DNA of 64,000 nt from Raja brachyura. Its lineage: Eukaryota. Below, piece after piece: positions 61,546 through 64,000 of the stretch; position 1 is the stretch's first letter; every line of letters begins with the position of its first letter. The DNA is taken from assembly GCA_963514005.1 (NCBI GenBank), contig OY740786.1, forward strand, positions 90,396,001-90,460,000, read 5' to 3'. The notes below the pieces were generated by a model. It was not told where the DNA came from and did not search any database. It saw only the letters and a list, made by a program, of their open reading frames with translations. The translations under genes were made by a program, and so were the position numbers.

Positions 61546-63510
61546 CATATTAAATCCAAGGAAGAGGCATATAAATTGGCCAGAGGAAACAGCAAACCGG
61601 AGGACTGGGAGACATTTAGAATTCAACAGAGGAGGACAAAATGGTTAATTAAGAGGGGGGGGGGGGGGAGAGCATGATCAGAAAGCTTGCTGGGAATATA
61701 AAAACTGACTTAAAAGCTTAGATATGTAAAAAGGAAGAGGTTAGTGAAGACAAATGTAGAATCAGAGACAGGTGAATTTTTAATGGGAAACAAGGAAATG
61801 GCAGAATAGTTAAATGAGTACTTTGGTTCTGTCTTCACTAAGGAAGACACAAATAATCTCCCAGAAATACGAGGGGACCGAGGATCTAGTAAGAGGAAGG
61901 AACTGCACGGGATCCACTTTAGTCAGGAAATGGTGTTAGATAAACTGTTTGGATTGAAGGCAAATCAATTCCCAGGGCCTGATGGTCTGCATCCTAGGGT
62001 ACTCAAGGAGGTGGCCTTAGAAATTGTGGATTAATTGGTGATCATTTTCCAATGTTCGATAGACTCTAGATAATTTCCTGTGGACTGTACGGTCGCTAAT
62101 GTAACTCCACTTTTTAAGAAAGGAGGGAAAGAGAAAACGGGGAATTATAGAGCAGTTATCATTGTTAGTGGGAAAGATGCTTGAGTCGATTATTAAAGAT
62201 GTAATAACAGCGCATTTAGGATCGTTCAAAGTCAGCATGGATTTATGAAAGGAAAATCATGCTTGACTAATCTGGATTTCTTTGAGGATGTAACAAGTAG
62301 AATGGATAAGGGAGAGCCAGTGGATGTGGTGTATCTTGACTTTCCAAAAGCCTTTGACAAAGTCCCACACAAGAGATGAGTGCAAATTTAGAGCACATGG
62401 TATTGGAGGTAGGGTATTGATATGGATAGAGAACTGGTTGGCAGACAAGATGCAAACAGTAGGAATTAAAGTGTCCTTTTCAGAATGGCAGGCAGGGTGC
62501 CGCAAAGCTTGGTGCTGGGACCTCAGTTATTTACAATATATATTAACGATTTAGACGAGGGAATTAAATGTGACCTCCAATTTTGCGGATGACACAAAGC
62601 TGTGTGACGGTGTGAGCTACGAGGAGGATGCTATGAGGCTGCAAGGTAACTTGGATAGGTTGGGTGAGTGGGCAGATGCAAGGCAGATACACTATAATGT
62701 GGATAAATGTGAGGTTATCCACTTTGGTGGCAAGAACGGGAAGGCAGATTATAATCTGAATGGTGTCAGATTAGGAGAAGGGGAGGTGCAACGAGACCTG
62801 GGTATGCTTGTACATCAGTCACTGAAAGTAAGAATGCAGGTGCAGCAGGCAGTGAAGAAAGCTAATGGCACGTTGGCCTTCAATGCGAGAATATTTGAGT
62901 TTAGGAGCAAGGAGGTCCTACTGCAGTTGTACAGGGCCCTGGTGAGACAGCACCTCGAGTATTGTGTGCAATTTTCGTCTCCTAATTTGAAGAAGGACAT
63001 TATTGCTATTGAGGGAGCACAGCGTAGTTTCACCAGGTTAATTCTCTGGATGGCGGGACTGACATACAGTATGATGAAATAATATATCGACTCAGCTTGT
63101 ATTCACTGGAATTTAGAAGGATGAGAGGGCATCTTATAGAACCATATAAAATTCTTAAGGGATTGGACAGGCTAGATGCAGGAAAAATGTTCCCAATGTT
63201 GGCGGAGTCCAGAACCAGGGGTCACGGTTTAAGAATAAGGGGTAGGCCATTTAGGACTGAGTTGAGGAAAACATTTTCACCCAGAAAGTTGTGAATCTGT
63301 GGAATTCTCTGCCACAGAAGGCAGTGGAGGCCAATTCACTGGGTGTTTTCAAGAGAGTTAGATTTAGCTCTTCGGGCTAAAGGAATCAAGGGATATGGGG
63401 AAAAGCAGGAACGGGTACTGATTTTAGATGATCAGCCATGATCATATTGAATGGTGGTGCTGGCTCGAATAGCCAAATGGCATACTCCTGCACCTATTTT
63501 CTATGCTTTT
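61546..63510 (+). mobile_element. CR1 LINE, 5'-truncated and degenerate
   Basis: PGPDGLHPRVLKE, NFADDTKL, VRQHLEYCVQF and a 3' tail. Confidence 0.94.
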
Positions 63511-63825
63511 TTCTATTAGTTTGCTGCACCCTCAAGCCCATTTTTCAATAAGACCCCGGGAATAAATGCAATTGGACCTGGAGACTTAAAGATCTACAGC
63601 ATGAACAGTCTGCTGAAAGGACAAAGAGGGCGATGTAATAATCCTGAACTGATTGCAGAACTTCCTGCCCTTTGCATCTACATGGTATGTGATATCCCCT
63701 GGTGCAGCTTCTTCTCATGTGATCTAAACACAGGAGAAAAGAAGATGCCATTATCACCTCTGTCAGTTGCTCATGGCATGCACCTCTGCAACTGCACTAA
63801 CCAAAACTCACATAAATTATTTGAT

Positions 63826-63990
63826 GTTTAAAAGGAACTGCAAATGCTGGAAAATCAAAGGTAGACAAAAATGCTGGAGAAACGCAGCGGGTGAGGCAGC
63901 ATCTATGGAGCGAAGGAAATAGGCAACGTTTCAGGTCGAGACCCTTCTTCAGACTGATGTGAGGGTGGGGGGGGGGGGGGGCGGGAAGGG
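63826..63990 (-). mobile_element. Penelope-derived short element with hammerhead core
   Basis: Full subfamily A unit. The minus strand reads CAGT-CTGAAGA-AGGGTCTCGACCT-GAAAC-GTT. Confidence 0.85.
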
Positions 63991-64000
63991 AAAATATTTG

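Overview
Vertebrate genomic DNA, most likely a cartilaginous fish (skate/ray), inferred from HER1/CR1-type LINEs with (CTATGTTT)n tails, HE1-like tRNA SINEs and a chondrichthyan-type Penelope element. The only host gene I can support is the 5' part of a CEP126 (KIAA1377) orthologue on the + strand. It has a CpG-island promoter at ~13.4-14.15 kb and five coding exons (14037-14065, 27364-27483, 38670-38821, 41998-42109, 50912-51119). These splice in frame to 621 nt / 207 codons, and the gene continues beyond the window. The ORF track does not recover this gene model: only exon 2 appears there, inside a longer ORF. Intron 1 (13.3 kb) has U12-type minor-spliceosome signals at both ends, and exon 4 needs a rare GAG acceptor. 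The rest is densely nested mobile DNA. It includes many CR1/HER1 fragments, two Tc1 families (one Passport-like copy with a single frameshift), hAT remnants and MITEs, a TIR element with a 5-bp TSD, and six non-autonomous Helitron ends (two tandem pairs). It also holds a solo LTR, a collapsed LTR element, Rex-like and Harbinger remnants, and about 15 short Penelope-derived elements, most with a minimal hammerhead ribozyme core. Several of the Penelope-derived elements are fold-back palindromes with 11-16 bp TSDs. Family names rest on remembered consensus motifs, no database search was run, and the boundaries of old repeats are approximate.
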